Part shown: piece after piece, positions 22,997 to 34,934 of the stretch | How the letters are laid out: every line of letters starts with the position of its first letter | How positions within the stretch are numbered: the stretch's first letter is position 1 | Assembly: GCA_976226885.1 (NCBI GenBank) | Contig: OZ320323.1 | Location: 34,410,001 to 34,474,000 of the forward strand | Length of the DNA: 64,000 nt | DNA from: Iphione sp. A-MEVVRFRX5 | Taxonomy: Eukaryota | Direction: 5' to 3' | Translations under genes and position numbers: made by a program | Notes under the pieces: generated by a model | The model's database searches: none | Seen by the model: the letters and a program-made list of their open reading frames with translations, nothing else | Told to the model about the DNA's origin: nothing

Positions 22997-25900
22997 TAAA
23001 CATGGTCTTATTTGTCACTCTGCTGTGCATAGCCGTGTCACTATTCCCCAAGCAACCATTCGGAAAACTTGCATCTTAAAGTAGAAATGGGATGACAACA
23101 GACATGATCAATCCTATTACATACCAATCATTCTATATTTAAGTTGTCTTTACTTCAGTGATATGACCTCGGTGCTTGTATTCTGCATATTGTAAAATTC
23201 TCTCACACAAGTCGTCAATGTAAAACACTTCCAACTTCTCATGATTACTGCTATATCATCTCCTCTTGGGTTCCAGGTTTACTCTTAAACTCAATACATA
23301 GTCACTCTTCAAGATGCCATAGTTCTTGGTCTGCCTTGCTTGTATTGAATAGTCATACGTATCTTATACTCAAAACTTCTGTTCTATGTAGCCATCAGCA
23401 TGTCAGCTGGACACTTGGCTATCTTCGTTTTCAAGGATATTGTGGGTGAAGTCAGTTCAGAGCTAGATATGAAACTGGGTGTATCTAGTCATACCTGTGC
23501 ATTTGGTAACATTCCTCTGTTGGGTTTTTACTGGGTATGTCCAGTGCATCCCTTTGATTTTCAACAACTTTATGACTTGAGGAAATCCTGAAACTCTGAT
23601 GACCAACCTTTGATGTCAATTCATCATCTTTCCATACCACCCACCTTCGTTTCTAAGAAGAGATTATACTGACCTCTTTCTAGATCAGCTCCTTTTCTAG
23701 AAGAGGTTGGGTGAGGTAAACTAAATAGAACCAAAATCCACCCCCACAAGGGTGTATAATTTACAGTGCATTTCAACTGAACTGTGACAATATATGTGGT
23801 GATAATAACTTTCAGTGAGCCAGGAAAGTTGCCTTTGTGTGCTAATAAATATGTCCGACCATATTTTTCACATCTTTAAGGAGACTGTCATCACAATTTT
23901 CCATTTATATAATAACAGCGAGTCATATTGAAGAGTTGACATGCAGAATTAATGTATATTTAGGGTATACACTAAACAGCCACCCAGTGAACTTTTGTCC
24001 AGTCTGGGTCAAGTATTTGGACCTAAATCATATTAATTTTGACCAAGTTGGTGAACTAATTTCCAAGGTAAGTCTATCTTTCTTGGGCTAGCTTTTTCAT
24101 GTTCTTTTCTTTAACAGTAATTCTAAACTGATTTCCCCAGATAGTCGATTTTGATAAAAGGTTATGGTCAAACCTACATATATATGCATTACTGTAGCCT
24201 CAACACGTGAGATGGTTCGAGAAGTAGGTTGAGCTCTTTAGAGTTTGAAACCAAGTAAGAACCCCCGGTCGTTGCCAACAGGTACGCACTGAGGCTAGAT
24301 CATCCTGTCCTGAGCCAGGAAGTACATGCACATAAAGACATAAACCCGTTAAGCGATTTGAACATGGTTTTTAGGTGAACAGGGCTATCGAGACAGCTGT
24401 CCATCTGGCATAAAAAGAGAGAATTATTCTCATCTTTCCCTTTCAACCAGACCTCCACTATGCAATGGCCACTGCCGCTTGTTTTTGATACTTCTCACTC
24501 AGGTAGTGTGTGAGCAGTGGGGCAGCCACCACAGTTATCGCATGTCAGGGCGGGGTGAGGGTGGAACAGCTACAATAGGACCTGAGATCCCATGGTCGTA
24601 CCTGTAAGAAGTGTACGCTCGCGAAATAAGCTGAAACTCAGCGAAAGTGTCCTCTTCCCCCACGCGGCCGGTTAGTATTGCCCAAGAAGCACCCTCATTA
24701 GTTATGATAATAAAATGTAACGAGTAATACGTATTTCCTTATTCTAGTAGATGTAGAAGATTTCAACCTAACCCCGTTGGAGTAATATAAAATTTAGGCA
24801 AACAAGGGGAGCAGGATAGATATTCTTCGGTACCAGGTGGATAATGGGTTCTCCTGGGCATCATCACTGAAAAGAATAAAGGCCAGTATAAGGAATATAT
24901 ATACGTGGAGGTTACTTCTCCCCTGCCATGTAAAGATCAGAAGCTTAATTACTTCTACCGCACGCCAGGTCTCTGTTACGTTGTCTGGCGAGGCTATCCG
25001 CATCGTGCTTGTTAACTTTCAAGTCAAGGTTCTAATTTGCGTTAAAAGACCACGTATCAGTTGACTATTATATGTAAGGTCTGTGCCGATATCTTTTCAA
25101 CCGTTACTGCATAAGCAAACTCGGTAGCGAAAGCTGTTTTGAAATTTAGTAAACAGTACAAATTGTAATGGGTAACATGTATTATAACAACTTTATAGAA
25201 TTGACGAATTGACCGCCAAAGTAAAACTTGTACGTGGATTGAGCAGGTCGCCATGGTATCTGTTCTAATACGCAACCTAACAGCGTCTGGTTCTGACCCA
25301 AACTGTATGGATTTCTGGTAAGGATCACATTGTGGTATTAAAAATAAACTAATTAAACACAATTAAATTTAAGGCATTTCAGAGTAACGGGCAATATTGT
25401 CTGGCCCCATTGGTCCATTTAATAGATCTATTGACCAGTGAAAACACTTTGCATGGGAAGCACCGGTGACTCAGTCGCTCACTGAATGTTTTGGATCAAT
25501 TATGTATGAACGCCAGGTTAACTACCGGGCATGTCAGACCGCCGCTGGCATAAAATTCTACATTTTAATGGAGTCGCAAACTCGAAGACTAGTTATCACT
25601 CTCAAACTATTGTCATTGGTCAGGTTTTGTGGCAAAGTAACAAATCATTTCCTATCGTGTCATGTTCTATTCGAGACCGTTAAAAATCAAGGCATTTGAC
25701 CCCACAAAACACAGCAAAAGATTATTAAAACCGTCCATTTGTGTAACTTACCGGTGCTACCCCCACCATAGTATAAACAAATACAACCTCTCAAAAAATG
25801 ATGTCAGATCCATAAGAATGAAATATGTGGTTATCAAAAGAGATTTAAAATTTAACAAATTGTTACGACTGCATCCTCCGCTGAGGTCGTGGCATCACTA

Positions 25901-26180
25901 ACATAAGGTTTATCAGCACTCAAATGTATCAGTTGATGGCCATGCATTTTTTACGATTACGACTCAAACCGAGACTATGTTGAGTTCATCAGAAATAATG
26001 TGTCCATATCGATTAGGTGCGATATATGAGATACTTGCCGCATCGCTCTTGATCCTTTAAACCGAGGAGTTGCACTACTAGCGCCCTGAATCCCATCATT
26101 CTATAGTGATAGACCCCTACACACATCAACTTCAAGCATATACCACTTGCCACTTTGGCTTCTGGAGCTCGAATATATAA

Positions 26181-29100
26181 TAGCCTGTGGGCCAAGGCCC
26201 AAAATTTTGATGATTAGTTTCATTTGGGGTGGCAAAACTTAACTGTGATTTTCTGATAGGTATATATCCAAAGTTTTAAAAAAAATTGGGTGGACCTCCC
26301 TATCTGGTAGCTTAGCAATAATACAGGCTGGTTTCCATGGCAACCACCTCCATATTAAGGGCAATGGGAGCAAAAACATTTTTATGGCCTTATTTCATAA
26401 CTAAACACTCAAATTTTATGAAACTTGGTAGAAATGTTCACTTTAGGCCAATACAATTTCCTGTTTAGGATGAAGGTCAAAGGTTAAATTTCAAGGTCAC
26501 AGGCCAAGGTTAAACATCAAATTTTGGTCAATTTTTGTCATTTTTTTCATTTTAGTATGTTTCAAAATGGCTCAGAAAATAATTATCATCTTACTGTATA
26601 AAATTTAAGTGATTTTATTCATTTGACATCATAATTTAATATTTTGATATAAAAAAACATCACATTTCTATGAAGTACTGACTTGTCAGGAGCCATGTTT
26701 GAATCATGACATCGAGGCTAATTTGCAGATATCAGTACCTAACAAGTGAAAAATGTTGAATATCTCAAAATCTAGAATACTTACAAGCTTAGTTGATATC
26801 TCTACACCTAGGTTTTGGGGAATTCTCTTTTCAATAGTGTAAGTATCGAAGAGCTTGATCAAGTGGTTGCCATAGTAACCACTAAATACTGCATAGCAAC
26901 AGGCTAAAACATGCCAATATCAATGGTGATTTCTTGCCAATTTAAAAAAATTATTTACAATCTAAGGGCTCAGAGGATATGTATTATACTCAGACACATG
27001 TATTTAGGCTATTTGTATTAAATATACCGTTAGCTTCTGTCATAATAAAGCCAACTTGGAATATGTTTTGATAGTTGTTTATTACAAAATGGTAGAAGAC
27101 CAACTAGAAATATTTTTCAGATCACCCTTGTATTTATAGTAAATTCCTGTCCCTCCACTAAGCTAGATACCTCCCTCCATGATATAAACCCCTCCATAAA
27201 TCTATCCTCTGACATTTCTCTCCTCTGCCCAATACTGTTCTCCCCTTACTTCAATCTTATCCCAAGATGCTATAACACTCATGGACTTCCAGGTCGATAT
27301 CTCACTCATGATGTCGAAATGTCTATTCATAGCCCTAGCAGCATGGGGCAAACCCCTCTATACCAGTCCGTAAAGATAAATACAGATTCTGGAGGGATCC
27401 CATCATCTGTCCTGTGTAAATGAACTTGACTTTCAATTACTACACAAAGTCTACCCTTCCTCTGTGCTACTTGGGCCTTCCCAGTTGACATTAGTATAGC
27501 CCACCCTGCGGAGGCTTCGTTAAGAGAGTCACAGGCTGGTAAGAAGCCGAACATAGCCAATCAGAGTTAATGTCCATTCAGAATTTCATCAGACTAACCT
27601 TTCCGGATAAGGGGGCCGCTGAGAGCTAGCCTCGTCAGGGGCCTCAGTGCAAATGTCCATTTCCTGCTATTCTGTCTTGGAAGAGGAGATCTTGACTCCG
27701 CCCTTGTCAACAGCCGCACCCTCCGTGGGAAGGGAAGGAGCCCTCTCGGGGTAGCTCTACATAAGAGGAGGGCCCATCTCCCTCTCTCCCATTTTTGTCC
27801 ACTTATGCAGGTGTAGGGGGTACTTTCTCAGGTGTAGCTTCCAGTTACCACTTGGGGGTAGCTCTTAGTCATCACTCAATGTGGGAGGAGGGCCTGTCTC
27901 CCTCCCTCCTGTTTGCATCCCCTTCTGCAGTCAGAAGGGGTACCTTCGCAGGGGTAGCTGTCAGTTGCAGCTCAGCATGAGAGGAAGGTGTGTCTCCCTC
28001 CCTCCCATTTTTGCCCCCCTCCATGGGTGGAGGGGGTACCTTCTTCGGGGTGGCTTTCAGGTCTGCGCCGGAAGACAGCCTAGTTCCCTCCCTCCTGGGG
28101 GTGGCCGCTGGCAGGGTGTGGGCATCTGTGGTGCTGCTTAGGGGAATCACTGAAGTGGGGGCGGTTGCACTGGTGCTGATGTTCTCCGCTTTCCTGATGG
28201 GGCGAGCCTCCCACTCCAATACTTCTCAGGCCACCCTTCTTTACCTTTCAGCTTCTGAGCACTGCCTCTGCCCCATAGCAGGTAGCTCTGTTGAAGGGGC
28301 TAGGATGGCTAGCCCAAATTCTACATATTGGATGTCCTTGGGTGGCTATCTGGAGTGCAAGGGGGGACCCAGGGGCTGGAACGGGCTGCGGTAGTCTTCC
28401 TCGGCATGTTTCTGACCCCCTTCACCTTGGAAATGTCATGTGTGCGGAGGGGGGGACTTCTTAGGGGTCAGTGCCAGCCCCTTCCCAGGCATGACGGGGC
28501 TGGAGTCAGAGCATGTTGGGCACAAGTCGGCAGATTGCAGAGCCTGCTCCAGCTCGTTGGCTGCAGACAGCATCTGCTCCACCAAGGCCGGCATCACTGG
28601 CCACCCTTCTCAGGATGTGGGCTGTGGAAAGGCACATCTTCATATCCTGGAAGGCCCTCTCAGTGTCCTCATTCCACTGCAATTGTCCAGTAGGTGGTGG
28701 AGGGGCGCTGCCAGCTGTGCTGATTGAAGGAAAAGTAGTAGGAGGCCAGTCCCAGGAAGGCTCTCAGATCTCCCAAGGTGTGGCCATGGCAAAGTCCAAC
28801 CTGTCAATGGTCTCCGAAAGACAGCCTTGAGAGTGCTAGGTGAGGCTGGTAGACTTGGGCTCAGTCCAGCCTCTGCACTCTCTTCTCTGGCCAACTGGGA
28901 CACCCTAGGATGTGTCATCGGGGACTTTTTTGTGCATGAGGGGCTGGTTCCTCCACTTTCCCCTTCTCCTCTGCTGGGACTTCTCTTGATGGGTCAGAGG
29001 GGGGGATTCATGGCTGCCGCCTTCCTTGGAGTTGACCGGGCTACCTTCTTGGATGGGGCCTTCTTGGATACATAGGTCCGATGGATTCAAACCCTGGCAG

Positions 29101-32100
29101 CTGAAGGTGATTGGGCCAGTAGCAGGCTACTCACCGACAAAGCGGTTTTGGGGGGTGGCCATTGTCGCAGGCTAACCCACTGTCCTGATGATGGCCCTGA
29201 CAGAGGAGAACTTGGGGGCACTGGTTTTCGGGTCGCTGTCTCCCAGGGAGGGACCCTCAGAGATGTAGCTGGAGAGTCGTTAACCCTTCTTCCTTGATGG
29301 GTAGCTGGTCTCCTCCCTCTTGTGTGCTCTTTTCTGGTGTTGGCTCGGGTCCCCTCTGTCTCTGTCCCAATGCCTCTGCTTCTTCTTGTGCCTGCTGTGT
29401 TGCCTGGAAGAGGAGGTCTCCAATGTAGACTCGCTTTTCTCTGCCCATTTTAGTCAGCCGTCCTGCCTGGACTGGCTGGGGGCCTCCCTTCAGGATTTGT
29501 GAATCAGGATTCCCGGTATAGCTCGTACTTCTCCGAGATCCTGGGCAATGAGTTTTGTACCCCCACCCTCCACAGCTCCAAGGGTTCCTTTGGATCAGCC
29601 CCTTCCGCCTACCCATGTAAGTCTTGAACTTGCAGAGGGTGAAAATCACAGCCAGGAGCTCTTTATGGGTGACACAGTACTTGGTTTCAGGCAGGGTCAG
29701 GGATCAACTGGCAAACATGAGACCCTCTCCTGGCCCTCATGCTCTTGGGATAGGATCGCCCCTATCACTTTGTTCGAGGCATCGGTATCGATCACCAGCC
29801 ATCCCTCTGGATGCAGGTATCCCAGGATGGGGGCTGTAGAAAGGCACATCTTCATATCCTGGAAGGCCCTCTCAGTGTCCTCATTCCACTGCAATTGTCC
29901 AGTAGGTGATGGAGGGGCGCTGCCAGCTGTGCTGATTGAAGGACAAGTAGTAGGAGGCCAGTCCCAGGAAGGCTCTCAGATCTCCCAAGGTGTGGGGGAT
30001 AGGCTTCTCAACCAAGGCCAACACTTTCTCTGGATCAGGCCTCTGCACTAACTATGTGGCCAAGGTATTGCATGCTTGATTGCAGTAGTTGACATTTAGG
30101 GGCTTGACCTTGAGCCCTGTATCCTCCAGCTGCTACAGCTATTCCGCCAAATCTGCATACATTTCTTCTACAGAGCTCTCCATGACTATTATGTCATCCA
30201 GATAGACCAGGCAGGAGTCTCCCACTCACCCCTGCAGCACCACATCCGTGAGTCTTTTGAACATGGAAGGGGCGTTACAGAATCCAAATGGCATCACCTT
30301 GAACTGGAGCAGGCCGCAAGGGGTGCAAACAGCCATCTTGGGCAAGTTTTCAGGCCTCACTGCTGCCTGCCAGTATCCAGAGGCGAGATCAATCACAGTG
30401 AAGTAGCAGGCCTCTGCCAAGACATCAAGGGTGTCATCCACCCACGACAGAGGGTAGGCATCCTTGCATGTGCACTCATTGAGCCTCCAGAAATTGATGC
30501 AGAACAGCCACTCCCCATTCAGCTTCTTGATGAGCATGACGGGGGATGCCCAGGAGCTATTAGAGGGTTCAAATACTCCCTGATCGAACATCTCCGGTAT
30601 CTCCACCTCTACAATCTTCTTTCTGTGGGGTGACAGCCTCCGGAACTGCTGTCTAATTGGGGTGGCCTCCCCTGTGTGGATCTTGTGTTCAACCCTATCC
30701 GTCCATCCCATGTCCTCTGGACATCGCTGGAAGGCTCATCAATGCTCCCACTGGACCTGGTAGAGTACATGGTGGTCCTCCAGCTGGCACTCAGGAGGTA
30801 GTATCTCTAGAAGGCTGCTAACAATACATCCATAAGCAGTCTCCTCTCTTTCTTCCTTCTTTGGTGGTTCCTCTGCACTCCTTACCTCAGCCACCAGCTT
30901 ATTCTTCCCCTCTGGTATTCTGTCAACTTCTTCTGCTTCCATGATACAGGTCTCCAGCTCTTTCTCAGCCATGTTCAGACAGAGGAGGTGGGCTCACCCT
31001 TGGTCGACCTGGGTCAGCGAACAGGGCACCTGGACTCCCAGCTTCTGTTTGACTTCTCCTTCCAGTTTGATTAACCAAGCTCCAACTCTCTCTGGTCCTC
31101 TCCAGTCCTCCTGTAGCTCAATGGTTCCCACTGCAGTGTTTACTACAGCTCTCCTCTGGCGGAGGGTGTCCATCCCCAGGATGGCTGTGTGTTCCACCTC
31201 AGTGATGAGGACCACGACTATCTACGGAATCCCCTCAAATTTGGCAATGACTTGAGTTCTCCCCATACAAGGGAAGGGGCTCCTGTCGGTAGCCACTATC
31301 TTCCATCTGGGGAGGACAGTCACAGGCAGTCCCAGGGCCTCCACAGTTCGTTCCAACAATATAGTGGTGGAAGCCCCGGTGTCCACAAGCTATATGACCT
31401 CCCTTCCCCTGACCCTTCCTTTGACCTCCATCCAGGGGTTCACCTGTCCAGTCAGGGTGTCGACACAGCCTCTCGCCTCCGAGGACTCCAAATGTCTTCT
31501 CTCCTCCAGCTAGCTTCTAAGTTGATTGTCGGGGATGAATGCCTCTACCACCTCTCCTGGTCTCCTTACTGGGAGGGCAGGATGGCATTTTCCACCACCT
31601 GCTCTTTGAAGGGGCGGTTCCATTTGAAATGTCGCTCTTTCCCACAGCGGAAGCAACCTGTCCAACCTCTACAGGGAGATTCATTCCACACTAGTTTTTG
31701 TTCCAGTTTATCCACTTTCTGCACCAGACGACTGAGCAGATTGTCCTCCTCACTCAGTCCCTTGGTTTTGCTTGGAGTGGTCAAGGCATGGCACCCAGCC
31801 CACCATGAAGCTTCTTCGGGGCAGGCTTATGTGCCTTCTGTCCCCTGAAAAGGGCTTCGGACACCACCACCCTAAAGTTCCCCACTCTTCTCTGTAGCAC
31901 ACATTTGTGCACCTTCTCATTTCCAATGGCTTGAATGTAGCTTTCCTTATAAAGGTCATCTGCCCAACACCCCTGGATGCAAGGATATACCCTCTGAATG
32001 AGGTTCTCAATATCATTAGCCAACTAGGAGATCTCCACCTCCCCTTACTTGTGGGTTTTCAGTTGTTGTTTGAAAAGGTCCACTTGATCCAGCAAGCAGA

Positions 32101-33990
32101 AGCGCCTGCAGAGGGCCTCCACCAGTTTCAAGAAAGCTTGGGGTCCCAGACCTTGACCCTGGTATTGCACATCCCCGGAGGCTGATCCCCAGGTGGATGG
32201 CCTTATCACTTGCACTCCCATTTGTTGGCTGTGGCCACAAGGCTGAAGTGGTGAAGGTAATCATCAAGGTCCATCATGCCATTGCAGGGTTCTGGTTTAG
32301 CCTTGGTTCCTCGGGGACGGGTGGCTGCCCCGACTCATCCTCCTCCTCCAAATCCTCCTCTCCTGACTCTTGCTCAGCGTCATCCCCCTCCTCCTTGATG
32401 GGGTCATCTTCCCCTGAGGTGGGCTTGGGCATTTGGCTCAGAGGGGGCTGGCGAGTGAGCAACATCAACATGGGACACCTACATGGTGGTGTCATGCCAA
32501 TTCATTCGCAGTAACTAGCAGGTCTCTCTTCATAGTATCAATTTTAAGAGATCACTGACAAGTGATCAGTCAGTACATGTACATTCTTTTAGTGAAAAAA
32601 TTCATTTGTTAAGACATCAAAAACTCACTAATATAAATTTGCATTTATGATTTTAATTTGCTTTTCAGTTTTTGTCAATTAAAATATGCCATAAAATGAT
32701 GGAAAATGGAATTAGGATGAATTTGATCATCACATCTATTCTAAAACAAGTCGGGTTTCTTACAAAATGTAACTTCAAACCAAGAAGTACATCAGCTGCT
32801 GTTTCTGTCAACATCCACATGGCAATAGAAAGTTTTATGCTTCTTGATTCTTTGACCTAAGCTAGTAGGATATTTTTATTTTTGTTTACCAGATCTTTAA
32901 AATAATCATTAAATATATGCTTACTAAGAGCAAATAACAGTCTGAAACAACTAGTAATGGAATCTAAATATTCTTACAAACTTATTTTAAATAAACCTAC
33001 TCCATTTTGCTGGAAAATCTGCTTGTCGATGAGTGATAATAGGCTTCCTGGGTTAGAAAGTAAAAAATTTAGAATGGCCAGGATGTCAAGAATATACTGA
33101 AATAATTATATATTTCCCTTCCTAAGGCTAATAGAGTATAATGTATATTAAATATTAATAGCCTAAATACACATATCTGAGTATAATATATATCCTCTGA
33201 GCCCTCTGATAATGCCATAGATTGTAAATAACTTTTAAAATTGGCAAGAAATCACTATTAATATTGGCGTGTTTTGGCCTGTTGCTACGCAGTATTTAGT
33301 GGTTACTATGGCAACCACTTGATCAAGCTCTTCGATACTTACATCATTGAAAAGAGAATTCCCCAAAACCTAGGTGTAGAGATATCAACTAAGCTTGTAA
33401 GTATTCTAGATTTTGAGATATTCAACATTTTTCACTTGTTAGGTACTGATATCTGCAAATTAGCCTCGATGTCATGATTCAAACATGGCTCCTGACAAGT
33501 CAGTACTTCATAGAAATGTGATGTTTTTTTATATCATAATATTAAATTATGATGTCAAATCAATAAAATCACCTAAATTTTACACATTAAGATGATAATT
33601 ATTTTCTGAGCCATTTTGAAACATAGTAAAATGAAAAAAAATGACAAAAATTGACCAAAATTTGATGTTTAACCTTGGCCTGTGACCTTGAAATTTAACC
33701 TTTGACCTTCATTCTGGACATGAAATTGTGTTGGCCTAAAATGAATATTTGTACCAAGTTTCATAAAATTTGAATGTTTATTTATGAAATAAGGCCATAA
33801 AAATGTTTTTGCTCCCATTGTCCTTAATAAAGAGGTTGTTGCCATGGAAACCAGGCTGTATTATTGCTAAGCTACCAGATAGGGAGGTCCACCCAAATTT
33901 TTTTAAAACTTTAGATGTATACCTATCAGAAAATCACAGTTAAGTTTTGCCACCCAGATGAAACTAATTTATGGTCTGGCCCATGGGCTA
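26181..33990. mobile_element. Non-autonomous DNA transposon with ~830-bp TIRs, TAG...CTA termini and 3-bp TSD (Academ-like)
   Basis: 26181-~27013 is the near-identical reverse complement of ~33157-33990. Ends are TAGCCTGTGGGCC / TAGCCCATGGGCC(rc), with TAA duplicated at 26178-80 and 33991-93. No DDE transposase was recognised inside. The superfamily is inferred from termini and TSD only. Confidence 0.8.
27148..32515 (-). mobile_element. Ty3/Gypsy LTR-retrotransposon internal remnant (gag-PR-RT-RNase H partial), rearranged, no LTR pair found
   Basis: gag-like DIENLIQRVYP and a degenerate knuckle CFRCGKERH; protease LVDTGAS (~31369-31389); RT PIRQ...SSWASPVML...KDAYPL...DLASGYWQ...MPFGFCNAPS and CLVYLDD (~30193-30213); RNase H STAPILGY...IDTDASNKVIGAILSQ, truncated at ~29697. 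Domain order is Gypsy-type. There are many stops and frameshifts. Confidence 0.9.
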
Positions 33991-34888
33991 TAAGGGATGT
34001 GTGGTGGTGCACTAGCTATCACCCTGTAGAGGGTGGCTAGATGGCATCCCGGTTACCTGATGACACGATTATTGTCAAAACAGTGTTTCCTGTTCACAGA
34101 GACAACATCACAGTAATACAAAGCCACACTCTTGCATAACGCACTGAAGTCGAGCATTATGGTGGACTTGAAAACCTTTTTACACCCCCTGGGTTTTTTG
34201 TTCTAAACAAGCCGGGTATCACATCCTCCAAATTCCTCCTCATCTACTCTGGACTCTCCGCAATGCTCTCTGAATACCTTTTGGGGGGTAGCATGGGATA
34301 TTCTGTTTGCAGTGTACTACATCTTCCTGTGTCAGTGGCATGGTTGCGCCAAGGTGAAGAACAGCAGCATAGCCTCATACACACATTCAAAGGACTGCCG
34401 AACACGGTTACATTTGATCACGCACGATGTTTTAGAGGGAAGCACAGTGGTACAGGGACAAACAACAACGTTACGCATTATCAGGAAGATCAGTGAAAAC
34501 GAGACGACCAACCCTCATAAATCGTAGCCGTTGTTACAGTGACACACTTTAATCTCGTCTGTTTTTATATTATCATATTTTCTACATACCACAAGTAATG
34601 TGTACATATGAGATTAATCTGTACAATGAGGACAACCACAGGGGCCAGTGCTGGATCCCTATAATACCCGATTGGTTTCATACTTAACCGCTAGTTACTA
34701 GCTTGTTTAAGTACAGTTCTGCCTGTGCATTCACTATCTTTGACATTGCTGTCATTTTTCCTCTGGAGCCTGGCTGGGTTTTCAAACCTGCATTAGTTAG
34801 TTCGTGCTCACAGCCCGTGGAATCCACTTGACTGTTGAGTCTAATAATATTGCACTCAAATGTATCGCCATTGCTGATGCTTCCCCGC

Positions 34889-34891
<3 letters not shown>

Positions 34892-34929
<38 letters not shown>
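34892..34929 (+). repeat. (TC)n microsatellite followed by degenerate TG/CA-rich sequence to ~35110
   Basis: Read directly. Confidence 0.97.

Positions 34930-34934
<5 letters not shown>

Noticed and set aside
24794-25003. TWQGRSNLHVY resembling Helitron Rep motif 2
   Set aside because: It is a single weak motif, with no other Rep or helicase motifs and no Helitron termini.
27148-27226. 67-bp TGT...ACA segment preceded on the minus strand by purine-rich AGAGGAGAGAAA, resembling PPT + 3' LTR
   Set aside because: It is very short and no matching 5' copy was found near 32500, so it is not called an LTR.
28328-32514. Long plus-strand ORFs (e.g. 29548-30051, 31189-31848)
   Set aside because: These are antisense shadows of GC-rich Gypsy coding sequence with no independent motifs.
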